DNA of 64,000 nucleotides from Strigamia acuminata (Eukaryota): NCBI GenBank assembly GCA_949358305.1, contig OX442314.1, positions 10,912,001 to 10,976,000 of the forward strand, read 5' to 3'. Shown piece by piece: positions 47,391 to 59,991 of this stretch (position 1 is its first letter; each line of letters starts with the position of its first letter). The notes under the pieces were generated by a model. It saw only the letters and a program-made list of their open reading frames with translations, ran no database searches and was not told where the DNA came from. The position numbers and the translations under genes were made by a program.

Positions 47391-49184
47391 GGCCCGTGTG
47401 ACGTCACACACCGGTAGCAGAAAACAGGCAAAGTGCAAGAGCAGGAAAGTAGAAAGAAGCCTCCCTACGGGGCCTTGGCCACGGATGACCCACTTGGAGA
47501 ATTAGGGACATTCAAAGCCAATGAGGAGACGCACACCTTTCCCTTCACACATTGTCACACACCACATCGTTTTTTAACCCTTTTTTCATCGATATTTCGC
47601 ATTATTTATCACGTTTTCCTCCATTTTCGCTGTTTTCAAACAATTTTTTTTTTACTTCCGGTCGTTAATTGATGCAATTATTCGAGTTTTTTAATTTAAT
47701 ATTATTTTTTTGGGGGGAGAAAATTAATTTTTTTAAATTATTATTTTTTTTTAATGAGTATTTAGTGTTTCTACAAGCGTTCCGATTGCTTGACCTTGAT
47801 TTCGCATCGCACCGAGTTTAACAACTCATTCATTGCATCCGTTCATTCACTTATGTGATCAATAAGAAAACAAGACAAATTCTTTTCCTTTATAAATTCA
47901 AGTCATTGTCCGATTCGAAATGGATAAAAGACTTAAAAGAGACAAAAATGACGGAAGATGGTGAGATGAGTTGCGTTGGATAATACACGTGGAATGTAAC
48001 GGCGCTTTCGAGTGTAAATAATTGGAGGGATAAGATTGAAATTGGTGTTTTGTGTCGGTTTATTTTCTGCTTAGGATGGCATAAAGGTGGTTTTTCTGCT
48101 TGGTAAAAGATGCGCAGTGAAGTCGGCGTTGCCAACTGGGCGTGGGCGTTGATTGGAGGGACGCGGCCCCCTTTTCGCGTCACTGACCGCGTTTTAACTG
48201 CGTGAAGATGGCGCGAGAAATTCCCCGCGGCTTGCACAAATATATAACTTTGCACAACAAGTTCAGGGACGGAATTCCACGACAAACTGGCAAGGCAAAC
48301 AGTGCTGTATTCATATTGTTTGCTTTGGGAAACTAGTTAATGCAAATGTTTAAATAAATTTGTAAAAATTTGAATTTTTTGGATTTTTTATTTTTATTTT
48401 TTTATTTTCTTGAAAAATTGCATTTGGAATGTCGCACAGACTGAAAAACTAATTTATTCTCACGCTGCTGAGGGTGTGGCATTGGAATTTCATCACCCGT
48501 GACGAAAATTGCACATTGACTTGTATTACTATTTTTTTTTTTTTTTGGTGTTGTTTCTATTTTCATTTTTTATTTATTTATTTATTTTTTTTTTGAAGGA
48601 ATTTCAATACAAATTGAATTGGAAAATCATTTGGGTTTTGAAAAAATCGATATTTGTTGATTGGAATTTTTGGGGAAATAAAAAAGTAAATAAAAACTAA
48701 ATATGTGGATAAAAAATAGAGTAGGTTCAGCTCGGATAAAGGAACTGGACCTGATCGGAACAATCTGAAAAATCTTGTTGATAAACAGAGTGGATACAAG
48801 AGTTTAATTCACATCAATAACACGCAATAGAAAATCCTCAACACTTGTTTTACACACTAGATAGGTTTATCTTATTTTAATATCCGTTTATAAATGTTGA
48901 AGAGGATTTTTTTTTTGGATTAAAAAAAATTTAATTTTTGTTGAATAAATGCAATAAATGGAATGACGCAAAGAAGAACGACGCACCATGTGGTTAAGTT
49001 TAGTTTATGTTATTAATTAGGTTTTGATGCAACTAATAAATGTTTGAACCATTTGCATAACAACAATAATTAAAGACAAAAAATAGTCAGACATGATAGT
49101 CTGTTTTTCTTTTATTTATCCAGAAAATAAAAAATAAATAATACATAAATGCGTCAAAAATGTGAGATAATTTGAGCTAATTTG

Positions 49185-49620
49185 ATTAAGTTTGCAAAAA
49201 TTTGATAAAGTTTTCAAAATTTGATAATGTTTGCAAAAATTTGATAAAGTTTGCAAAAATTTGATAAAGTTTGCAAAAATTTGATAAAATTTGCAAAAAT
49301 TTGATAAAATGTGCAAAAATTTGAAAAAATTTGCAAAAATATGAAAAATTTTGCAAAAATATGAAAAATTTTGCAAAAATATGAAAAATCTTGCAAAAAT
49401 ACAAAAAAATTGCAAAAATATAAAAAAAATTACAAAAATATAAAAAAATTTACAAAAATATGAAAAAATTTGGAAAAAATATGAAAAATTTTGCAAAATT
49501 ATGAAAAAATTTGAAAAAATTTGTAAAAATTTGAGTAAATTCAATAAAATATGATAAAATTTGATAAAACTTCGATAAAATATGACCAAAAATGATAAAA
49601 TTCATAAAAATTCAAAAAGA
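49185..49620. repeat. 10/20-bp periodic A-tract minisatellite (TTGCAAAAATTTGATAAAGT-like)
   Basis: Tandem degenerate units in 10-bp phase. Confidence 0.9.
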
Positions 49621-52600
49621 AAATCGAAAAAAAAAAATAAATAAAAATCCAACGGAAACAAATTAGAAACAATTTGAAAAAAATCAAATTTTATTGCCCA
49701 GTCGAATCGAAACAACACCAACAACAACAGCGTTTTATATAAAAGAACTCGTGGAATTTCTTGATGATTTTTATTTTTTTTATTTATTTTTTTTACTTTT
49801 TTATTGAGGCCGCAGTCTCATCATCAGCAAAGTTGAACGACTTCACAGGTGATTAAACACCGCGATAACCCCGGCCGAACAAGTTGCTACAAGTCTCATC
49901 TTTTGCCTCACATTTATTATTATTATCATTACTATTTCACCCATCATTCTCCAATTGCCGATCATCCCATTCTCATTCTTCTTCCCGCACTCCACGTCCC
50001 AAAACCATCAAATCCTTTCAACATTTCCTCTTATTTATGTGCCAATAAAATAAAAAACAACACAAAACAACACAAAACAAAACATCTTCCATTCTTTAAT
50101 TTAATTATTATTTCATCCCACTCCTGATTGGTGCAACTGGGTCCGTGACTCACGAGGCAATTGGATGCAAACGCGTGACTGCGCATATTCAAAAATGAAA
50201 AATCAAAGGGTTAAAAACGCGTCACGTGACTCGGTGCTATCGGTCCCGCTAGGCTCGAGCTGACCCAAACCTGGTAACCCACAGCCCCGCGCCTCGCCCC
50301 TGGCTACACGCCAAAAACGAACATCTCGCAAACAGATGTGACTACACGACCAACTCAACGCCGTGAAAAAATAAAACGCAATTCCATTGTCGTGCACCAA
50401 AGCCGCCATTTTGTGCTTTTCATGCGCGCGCCCAATTTTAGACAGTTTTCTTGCTTTATCTATCAAGTGGGCACTGTCCACTCGTTTTATTCATCGCTCA
50501 CATGTTCCTGGTCAATTTTTATTCATTTTTAAATTATTATTTTGTTTATTTTTAATTTTTTTAAATTTTTTTTTTAAAATTTCGCCCACATGTTCTTGAT
50601 GGCCTGGACGATAAATTTTTGTATCGCACACGCCATTCGTGGCCCTTTGGGTAATAAAAAAAAATAGAAACACGTTTTATTTATTGCTTTTTATAGCGTT
50701 TGATTAAATATTTAAAAGGGCCGAGTTGTTTCCGATGATTGAATCACTTAATATGAATTTTGTGATCAAAATTTAGGCCTAGTTTAAAAACTTGATCTCA
50801 CGTGAGGGAAAAAAGAAAACATCTTTTACTATATTTCATTTTTTATTTATTTCTATTTTTTCCGTGTAGTTTTTTTTTTTCCTCAGGTGAAATAATAAAT
50901 ACAAACCTAAATTTTGGGTTATATTTTTCAGACCTAGTTAAAAATGTGTAAAACATCAACAAACCAATAGAAAAAAAAATCAAGTTTGATTAAATTTACA
51001 ATTTAAATGTCAATTTGACAGGAATTTGAATGAGCTGCGCCCTCTGATGAGAAAAGTATCTATTTGCAATTTATTTTATGTAATTATAGTTCGTGTTTTC
51101 CATTGCAGCCTCTTTTCTTTCTAGGTGGAAGGAAGGAAGGAAAACCCTGAATATTAAATATTATTAGCCGCCCTTTAACTCCACCAAAAAATACAAAAAC
51201 GTAAAGAAATAAAAATAAAAATGCACAAAGAAACTTTCATATATTCACATTTTTTTATTTCGGTTTTTTTTTTTAACAAAGTGAATTATTATTGCTACTT
51301 TGTGTCTGCTGCGTTGATATTATGTATTCAAATTGAAGCTGCCCACTGTGGATGTCCAATTACATCACCAGGTGCATGCCAAAATGATTCTCTTTACCTC
51401 GTTGGATTGTAGGGCAAAATAAAAAATGAGGAAAATAATTTTTTATTTTTTTAAAATCTTATCGCCACTCAGTCTGTGAAAACACTAGTCGGCATCATTC
51501 TTTTAACGAAATTGAATTTATAGAATTTAAAATCAAAATCGGCGGCCATTACTCGATTTTTCAACCTATCACGGACGATTCCCGCGCCGACTTCCGGGTT
51601 GACGGGCGCCATCTTAGATCGGAGATAGATCGAGGATGTCGTATCGTAAATCAAGAATAAAAATGCGGAAAAATTAGTTCATATTTTCTATTACTATTAT
51701 TTTTGTTTATAAAAATTGACAATCTGTGATTTCTTCCTACTGGATTTCAAAGCAGGAAGAAGAAAAAAAGAGTTCATTGAGTTATACTCTACATGTCTGT
51801 TAGGGTTGAGACAGAAGGAACCCGCAGGAGAAACAAATTATAAGGGTTCATTGAGTTGGAAAAAAATTCAAGCACCCTGTAGTTAAATGTCCGATAAATA
51901 TCAACTTTCAACTCCCAATTTCAAGGCGGTTTTTTTTTATAAGAGAGGGTTAACGAGAACAGGGGTAAGAAAAAAAAAACATAATGAGGGAAACATCAAA
52001 TTGACCTCAAATGCTCTCATGAAACTCAGATTTTCGAGCAATTGCTCAGGATTAAATAAAATAAAAAATTAAAAAAAGAATTCTTTGAAAAATAAAAAAT
52101 CATTTCATCCCGAAAAGAAAAAAAAAATGTAAATCTGTAAAGTATATTGTAATAAATGGGGAAAGGAGGTCACGTGGTAGGGTGGGGATACTTTCAAGTT
52201 GTCACAAAAGATTAGGGGAGATTTTTATTGGTTAATTAATTGCATGTGGAGATGAGGAAAGGTAAAAATGACGCGCAATTTCGACGGCAATCGTCGAAGT
52301 CAGTGACCTGTAAAAAAAATTGCCACCAGGTTACCTCAATTCACCAAGGGCTTGGCTTCGGCTTGGCATGCGAGTTCTATTAAAAGTTCTAGTTTAAGTT
52401 TGTTTCTAGTGTGTTTTTGGGCGATTTTCACTCGGATTTTTAATAATTTTGATAAGTTTCAATTAAATTTGGTGGGAAATTAGTCAAACTTTACTGTTTA
52501 AAGCGTTTAAAGGTGAGTTGGAGCGCCGTAACTAAATTTATGGGTTAGTTTAATTAAAATTTTTATTTTTTGAACTCAAATATATTTTTGGCATTTTGGT

Positions 52601-53379
52601 GATGTCATAATGATGAAAATTCACCATGTTGGAACAATGCGTTGCTAAGGGAATTAATTAATTGGATTAATTGAATATAAAGACAATTTTTTACATTGTA
52701 AAAATCTGCAGTTGAAAAAAAAACAAAATGTAATTAAAATTTTAAAAAATTACACCAGAATTTGCCTCATAAATATTTGCCACGAAGGAAAAATAATCCA
52801 ATTTACATTCTTTTTAATTACAGGTTTTAAATCCATTCTTCACCAGAGGGCGCTTTGAATTTTCCCCAATTTTTCACCCTTGCGTGTGACATGGTATAAT
52901 TCCTCAAACTCAGAAAAATAAAAAATTATTCAAACATTTTCTTGTTTTTCGCACTACTTATTATAAAGGACGGACCGAAATTTACCCCAAATTGCTAAAT
53001 ACACTTGAAATACACAAAAAAAAATCATAATAAGCCCATAATTTGGTGATTACTCAGCCATGGCACAACAGGTGTGCACAAGGAATAAAATGTTTTCAAA
53101 AAAACGTTGAAAAAGAAACGGGGAGGAGTGGAAAATTAATTTGAAATGCATTAGAAATGCAGTACTCACACGCATCAAATGCATCAGTTGCATTTACTTG
53201 TCCTCAAAAATATTTAGATTTTTAATTGAATGCATTAAAATAAAATTTTAGAAATTCAAAAGAATTTAAGCAAAGATTTTTTCTTCGTTTCTCTTCTTGG
53301 TCAGCACAGTTCCTGGCTTGGGCTTCTCCGCCTTCGTATTCACTTTGCACAGTCGATTCACTTTATTGCTAGAACTGAA

Positions 53380-53604
53380 ATGGATCAGTACTTAAATGAT
53401 CCAGGGATTAAAGTAGACATCTTGCATAAATATCGAATCATTAAAGCAATTTTTCTAAGGTTTAATACTGCTCTAACGTCCAATGCTCCTGTTGACAGAC
53501 TTTTTAGCAGTGGAAAATTAATTCGCACAGCAACTAGAAATCATTTGAATGATAAAACCTTTGAAATGTTGCTACTTTTAAACAAAAATTCATCTTTGCA
53601 ATAA
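53380..53604 (+). mobile_element. hAT transposase C-terminal dimerisation-domain fragment
   Basis: FLRFNTALTSNAPVDRLFSSGKLI...RNHLNDKTFEMLLLL resembles the hAT SSAxxERLFS...RxxL motif. Confidence 0.75.
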
Positions 53605-53759
53605 AATATATTCAATTAAATTCATACATAATCTTGGTGTCTCAGCCGCAGCTATTATAACTTCACCTGGTGGTGATACATTAAACATTTCAACGTAGAG
53701 ACTCGTCTTTATAAGTTAAAGTCGATTCTGGCCGAACAGCCGGGAACACTAATATTCGG

Positions 53760-53953
53760 TTTTTTCTTTCTCGTCGATTTCCAAACTTTTCTCTTCCGTT
53801 TCCTACTGACGGTGCTTGATGGCCTTGGTCGCCCATTGTTCATTCGGAAGGAACACGGGTTTGCTTTTGGCCTCTTCCTACACTTTCTTCTTGGCGATCA
53901 GCTCCTCCAACGACAAAGGTTCCCCCTTTTTCGTCGCTTTGTCCTTTTTCTTG
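53760..53953 (-). pseudogene. DDX23: Decayed fragment of DEAD-box helicase DDX23/Prp28
   Basis: KGEPLSLEELIAKKKV*EEAKSKPVFLPNEQWATKAIKHRQ*E matches DDX23 PLSLEELLAKKKAEEEA..KP.FL. Two TAG stops. Confidence 0.7.
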
Positions 53954-54394
53954 TAACGAGTGGTATGTTCTAACCAAATATTGAAATTATAAAGTGGAGT
54001 GAAATGATTGACATCCAGTCAACATGGTAGAATTTCAATCAAGCATTTTATTCAAGGTACGCCAGGTGGTGCTTAAACAGCGAGCATCACGAATGATGCT
54101 AATTTACACAGCAAATGATATTTTAGACAAATGTGCGAACATTGCAACGAGTTCGTTTGCGACTAGATCTTAAATTGGTCATCTGTGCATTTTAATTTTT
54201 TATTTCTCTCGATTAAAATCAACATTCTGGTTTAAAGTTTTAAGTTTCAACAACTTTTATTAATTATTAGTAATTGAGATTTCTTTGACTTCTATCAAAA
54301 CTGAAAATCTAAACTCAACCGCTTCAAATATAAATCAACAAAAATATATTTCACCTTCAACATGACATAATAAATCTCTACAAACCAAAAAAAC

Positions 54395-54431
<37 letters not shown>

Positions 54432-55147
54432 CCACTCCCAAGATAAACCATCAAAGAAAAATTCCACTGATACCTATCTCCCTTTCCAAGCTCAAGCAAA
54501 ACAAGAACAAGTTGCAAGTCGCAAGTGCATCTTCCCATCCCCCGTGAACCAACAAGCAAAACCACTCATCAAAATCAAGGAGGAAAAAGAAATCGGTCAA
54601 AACACAATGAGGCATCGACGTAGACGCGATAAGAAACAGAAACAGAAATAAACGAGTCAAAGTTTAGTTGAGATCACGGTCAGGGACAGACACAGCATCC
54701 ACATCCACAGCATATCCGTGACCCCATTCGCCCTTGTTGGACACTTTCCTTCCTTGACTGACCTGGCCCCTCGCGCTGTTTAGGTCACTGTGTCAACCCA
54801 CCTGCTACACAAACATAAGGGGGTTGGGAAAAGTGAGATGTTTTTCTTTCGTTTTGAGTTTGTTGATGACCTCTCAAATACCCTCCCATACGTGTCCTGA
54901 ATTCCACGAGTTGATTAGGGAAAAAGGCATGGAAATAAATCCCTTCCCAAAGGGAAAACATTGACACACTAAAATGTACTCAACCACCGCCTAATACACA
55001 ATCCTTTGACCCTGGTGCTTGGAGATAGAGATAACATGTGGTGCAGTCGAAAATGGAAATGTTATAGGCCTGTCATTTAGACGAATTTTAAACGGAAATT
55101 TCAAAAAAATTAGAGAAATTTTTTTTTAAAATTTCAATGAAATTATT

Positions 55148-55485
55148 TGGAATTTTCACATAAAAATCTGAAATTTTCACATAAAAATCTGAAATTTTCA
55201 CATAAAAATCTGAAATTTTCACATAAAAATCTGAAATTTTCACATAAAAATCTGAAATTTTCACATAAAAATCTGAAATTTTCACATAAAAATATGAAAT
55301 TTTCACATAAAAATCTGAAATTTTCACATAAAAATCTGAAATTTTCACATAAAAATCTGAAATTTTCACATAAAAATCTGAAATTTTCACATAAAAATCT
55401 GAAATTTTCACATAAAAATCTGAAATTTTCACATAAAAATCTGAAATTTTCACATAAAAATCTGAAATTTCCACATAAAAATCTG
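55148..55485. repeat. 21-bp minisatellite (AAATTTTCACATAAAAATCTG)
   Basis: About 16 tandem units, followed by degenerate ~10-bp-phased sequence to about 55830. Confidence 0.95.
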
Positions 55486-56589
55486 TAATATGAAATTCTT
55501 TTAGAAAAGTCGGAAATTTTGAGTAGAGAAAAATTTCACACAAAATAATAAAAATCTCACAAAAAATTCTCGAAATTCCACACAAATTCGAAATTCTACA
55601 CAAATTTCGAAATTTCAAGCAAAATTAGGAAAATTGCGTACAAAATTGTACAATTTTCGCACAAAATTTCAAAATTTCACACAGAATTTCGTAATTCCAC
55701 ACAAAATTTCGAATTTTCATACCAAATTTCAAAACACCACACAAAATTTGAAAGTTTCCTCAAATTTTCACACAAAATTGCAAAATTGCAAAATTAAAAC
55801 CAAAATAATTCTGCATTTAAAAAAATTTAAAACACAATCTTTTCCCCCCAACTCGTAACTCCATTTCCCAAAAACCATTCCCAAATTTAAATAATTTTTT
55901 TCTCGACTCAGGACTCAGGTGAACCGTGAATTATTATAGCAATTTAAAAAGAGACCTAATTTTTGTTCGGTAATACATTGTCGGACTATGAAAGAATATT
56001 AAGTTTTCAACTTGGTTATTATTTTATGATGTGAGACTGCAGCTTTGACCCACACCAGCAACCTATTATGTTCAATATATTCTGGTTATAATGACCTCTA
56101 ACCCTTTTCTCCCCAAGACTTGCTATCATCCTCCCACGGTCGGCGGCCTTTGCTTTAAATTCACAAGTGAAGTGACTATTGAATTCAAAGAGGAGACCAA
56201 ACAAGGGAAAGGAATGTTCAACATTGTTCGCATTGTTCTATTATTCTATTATTTATTAATGTGTACAATAACAAACAAAATCCTTTCAATACATTAGTAG
56301 TCAGATATAGCACTTGTGTTGTGGTGAGTTTTCGGTTTATTTGGTCATAAAAGTGTTACACTTCCAAAAATGAATGGAAATTGCAAGACGTTTTTCTTTT
56401 TAAGGAAAAAAATAAGAAATTTAAATTCTAAATACATCACAGGAACAAACATGGTCTTGGTGGGGAGTATGTGAAAGAAAAAAATTGAAATTTCCAACAT
56501 AAATTCAATGAAATTTACTTAAAAAATATCCACCAAAGATCGTATAAATCAATACAAATCACTAAACAATCACCTAAATTAAAAATAAT

Positions 56590-56785
56590 CAATGAAAATC
56601 ATTAAAATCAACCAAAAATCAATGAAAATCATTAAAATCAACCAAAAATCATAAAAATCAATGCAAATCATTAAAATCATCCAAAAATCATTAAAAGCAT
56701 CCAAAAATTATTAAAATCATCCAAAAATCATTAAAATCATCCAAAAATTATTAAAATCATCCAAAAATCATTAAAATCAATGCAA
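56590..56785. repeat. 10/20-bp periodic repeat (CCAAAAATCATTAAAATCAT)
   Basis: Tandem degenerate units. A related tract lies at 57500-57850. Confidence 0.85.
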
Positions 56786-57062
56786 ATTGTAACAATCCTT
56801 GGGTTTTAAATCCTGGGATGCAACAAATTCGTGCGTTGGGTCGGCGCACATGCGCAGATTCGCGTAATTTTCTTGTGTGAGATGTCCTTCAACTTGGGTG
56901 TCGGGAATTCGGGAATTCCAGCTACATTGTGCAGATAATCATTGGACGTCACTGGGTGAATAAAAAGATGGAAAGTTGCGAGCGCGGTTAAAGGGGGTTT
57001 CTTCATTTCGTCGCCGACCATTATAATGGTCGGCCCTGGAAGGAGATTTGCTTAAAAAAAAC

Positions 57063-57230
57063 TACTAAGGTTAGGTTTGCGAGGAGGGAGGGGGGTTAAG
57101 GGGGGGGGCGTTATCCCCCCCTTGTTAGGCATTCTTCTGAATACGAGAAAAAAAACCTTTGACGTGATGCGGACTCAGCCTAAAAACGGCGGCGACGAAA
57201 TGAATGGCGACGAAATGAAGTGACTTCCAT
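57063..57230. mobile_element. Unclassified dispersed repeat fragment
   Basis: Shares CCCCCCTTGTTAGGCATTCTT and a GAAGTGAC tail with 60685-60790. GGTTAGG motif. Confidence 0.5.
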
Positions 57231-59991
57231 TTTCTTTAACCGAAGTCACTTCAATGGAGACCGAGGTCAGAGAGAGGTTGCAAACTCCGTTCGCGAGAAG
57301 AAAAAGTAGCAAAAATGAAAATAAAAATGACCCTTCGATCAGCTGATCACTTGGATCAATCGATCGAAGGAGAAGGGGTGAAAGTAATTGAATAAATCAA
57401 ATTGACTCGCGAATAGTCACACACATAAATTTAAAATAAGAAAAGAATAAAGGAGATAGTAAAAATTTGAAAAGTGGAAAAACACACCCGTGACAAAATC
57501 CCTAAAAAATCAACCAAAAATCATGAAAGTCAATGTTAATCAATTAGAAAAGCCAGTGAAGATCACCAAAGCCAGTGAAAATCACAAAAGCCAGTGAAAA
57601 TCACTTAAAGTCAAAAGTTAAAGTCACTTGAAATAAACTCAAATAACAGAAAATCAAAGCAAATCACTAAAACTCAACTTAAAAACACTTAAAACCAACT
57701 AAAAATCACGAAAATCAACCAAAAATCATTAAAATCATTGTAATTCACTAAAAATCTACATTAAATCCCATAAAAACCCAGTTCAAAACCCTAAAAATCA
57801 ACCAAAAATCAATGCAAATCACTAAAAGTATAGTTTAAAACCCATAAAAATCAATCATCACTCATCAGTAATGATTTCCTTATTTACCATTTGCCTTTAC
57901 ATTATTTCCACTTCAGATGGAGCGGAACAAAATTACATAACAGAAAAAAATCCTCTAATTTACAATTACTACAATAACAATAAGCTTGTTCGCACAAGAT
58001 TAGTGCAATGTTTATTATGGTTTAGTGGAGTTAACAACTTCTTATCTATGCACAGCACGATAGTCGGGTAGATTAGATAATACATTGTAATACCATTGTA
58101 CGACTCCTGCTGCTTAACTATGCGAGTTTCAACTCTTTACAAATAACTTTGATGAAGCATTGAAACTTTGCAGATCGTATCACGTTAATATACAAGTTCT
58201 GCTGCAACTATACAATAAATTTCAACCAAATTGGTAAAGCGTGCTTCCCCTTAATACACATAAATTGCCCCATTAGAAAAATATAAATAAAATTTTTATA
58301 AAAATAAATTTAAAATTTTTTTTTTTTTTTATAATTTTCTTTTAAATAAAAGGATATTTATAAAATTAATATTAAAATAACACAAAAACCCACAATCAAG
58401 TTCAACCTTTTCGCCACCAGATGCCACTGCCACCGTTTTTAATTAGCAAAAACTTTTTTTCGCCATTTGTTTCATTTTCAATTTATCAAAGCACAATCCT
58501 AAAACCAAACACATATTTCCATCATCGAGACACAATTATCACCAAACATGTCAACAATCCTATAAAACAACAACTTAAACTGACTTTATCTGATTGGCCC
58601 ACCAAATCACTAACAAACCATCAAATGTGTAACAACAGAAGCCCAACAAGAAAAAACAATTTCACTGACTGAACAAATAAATAAGAAAATAAAAATAAAA
58701 TTTCTCAAATAAATTTTTTTTTTAAAGAAAATATTTTTTTTTTCCTATAAAAAAGTGATAAAGATAAGTAAATAATTGTTGACCCACTGATCTTGATGAT
58801 GAGGCTCTTGCCCCCATGTAAAGAGCCCTTCTTACCTGTATTCTTCCCACAGGTGTTGGCCATGCTGCACGTGAGAGTTAAAAAAAATGGGCGTAGGTTG
58901 CTTACATCTTTCCTAACGATGAATTGCGCCATTTTTTCATGTTGACGAGCTCATATCAGCAACAGTTACTGCCCACATCTCATTCGAATCACCAAAAGGT
59001 GAAGCAAAAGGTGAAGAGAGCTGTAAAATGAAATAGCAAATAAATATTTATACCCGATGAAGTTGTACCCGCTTAACTGAGTCGTTTCTCAAGCGACAAT
59101 AAATAAGAGTTGAATAAAAAAGTAAACAAGGTATTATAAAGGATGGAGAAAAAGGTTATTTCCGGGAAGATCTATTGTCGATGAATTTAACCCACTTTTA
59201 TTCCCACTGTGTGGAAATTTGAACGACCATACCATGCTGAAAACACCGATTCTCGTCTGATCGTGCGAATTCTTCGCATTGGTAAACAAGCTATTAATAG
59301 TCTTGCGGATGTTATTCTTTTAACACAGAGGACTTCATTCTACATAAGTTTCTTTATTCATGTAATGACGACACACTAATACGATACCACGGGGATAGTA
59401 AACAAAAATTGGTACTGCCCTAATAGTACCACACTACAAAATAAATATTATCCCAACACAATAGGTTTATAAATTGGAATTCAATACATAAAATTGAAAT
59501 ATCTTGTGGGATTTTCTAAAATTATAATAAAGTGTGATAAAATTATACGGTATTTAGGTTTTGGCCCTAAATGTATTCACTAACAATAAAACAGAAAAAT
59601 AAATCAGAAAAATGACTCGTTTTATTCAATCCAAATGGGGAATTAAGACTATGGAATAATTTCATTTTCTACTTCTTTAACAACAAAATCTCTTCAGCGT
59701 TTACTTTCAGCTTGCTCCAATTTCTCCTCCAACTGTCCCACATCCAACAGTCACTTTCTATTGACAGTGGACCCATTTGTGACAATTGGGTCTAAAATCT
59801 CTTTTCAAGCAGCCAATAACTATCAATTCCCTTTCAAAACCCTTGAATCTGAGGCACACATACACTGATATAAAAGTGTCCCAATCCTTTGCTCACAACA
59901 CATCTAACCACAACTGCACCTTCAATCAATATCTCTCAAAGTAACCATCATTTTCTTGCACTAACATGTTACTAATGATTTTTTTTCACAG

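Noticed and set aside
55088..55618. ORFs of repeated ISDFYVK / LKFSHKN (likewise 49116-49589 and 26343-26705)
   Set aside because: Minisatellite artefacts.
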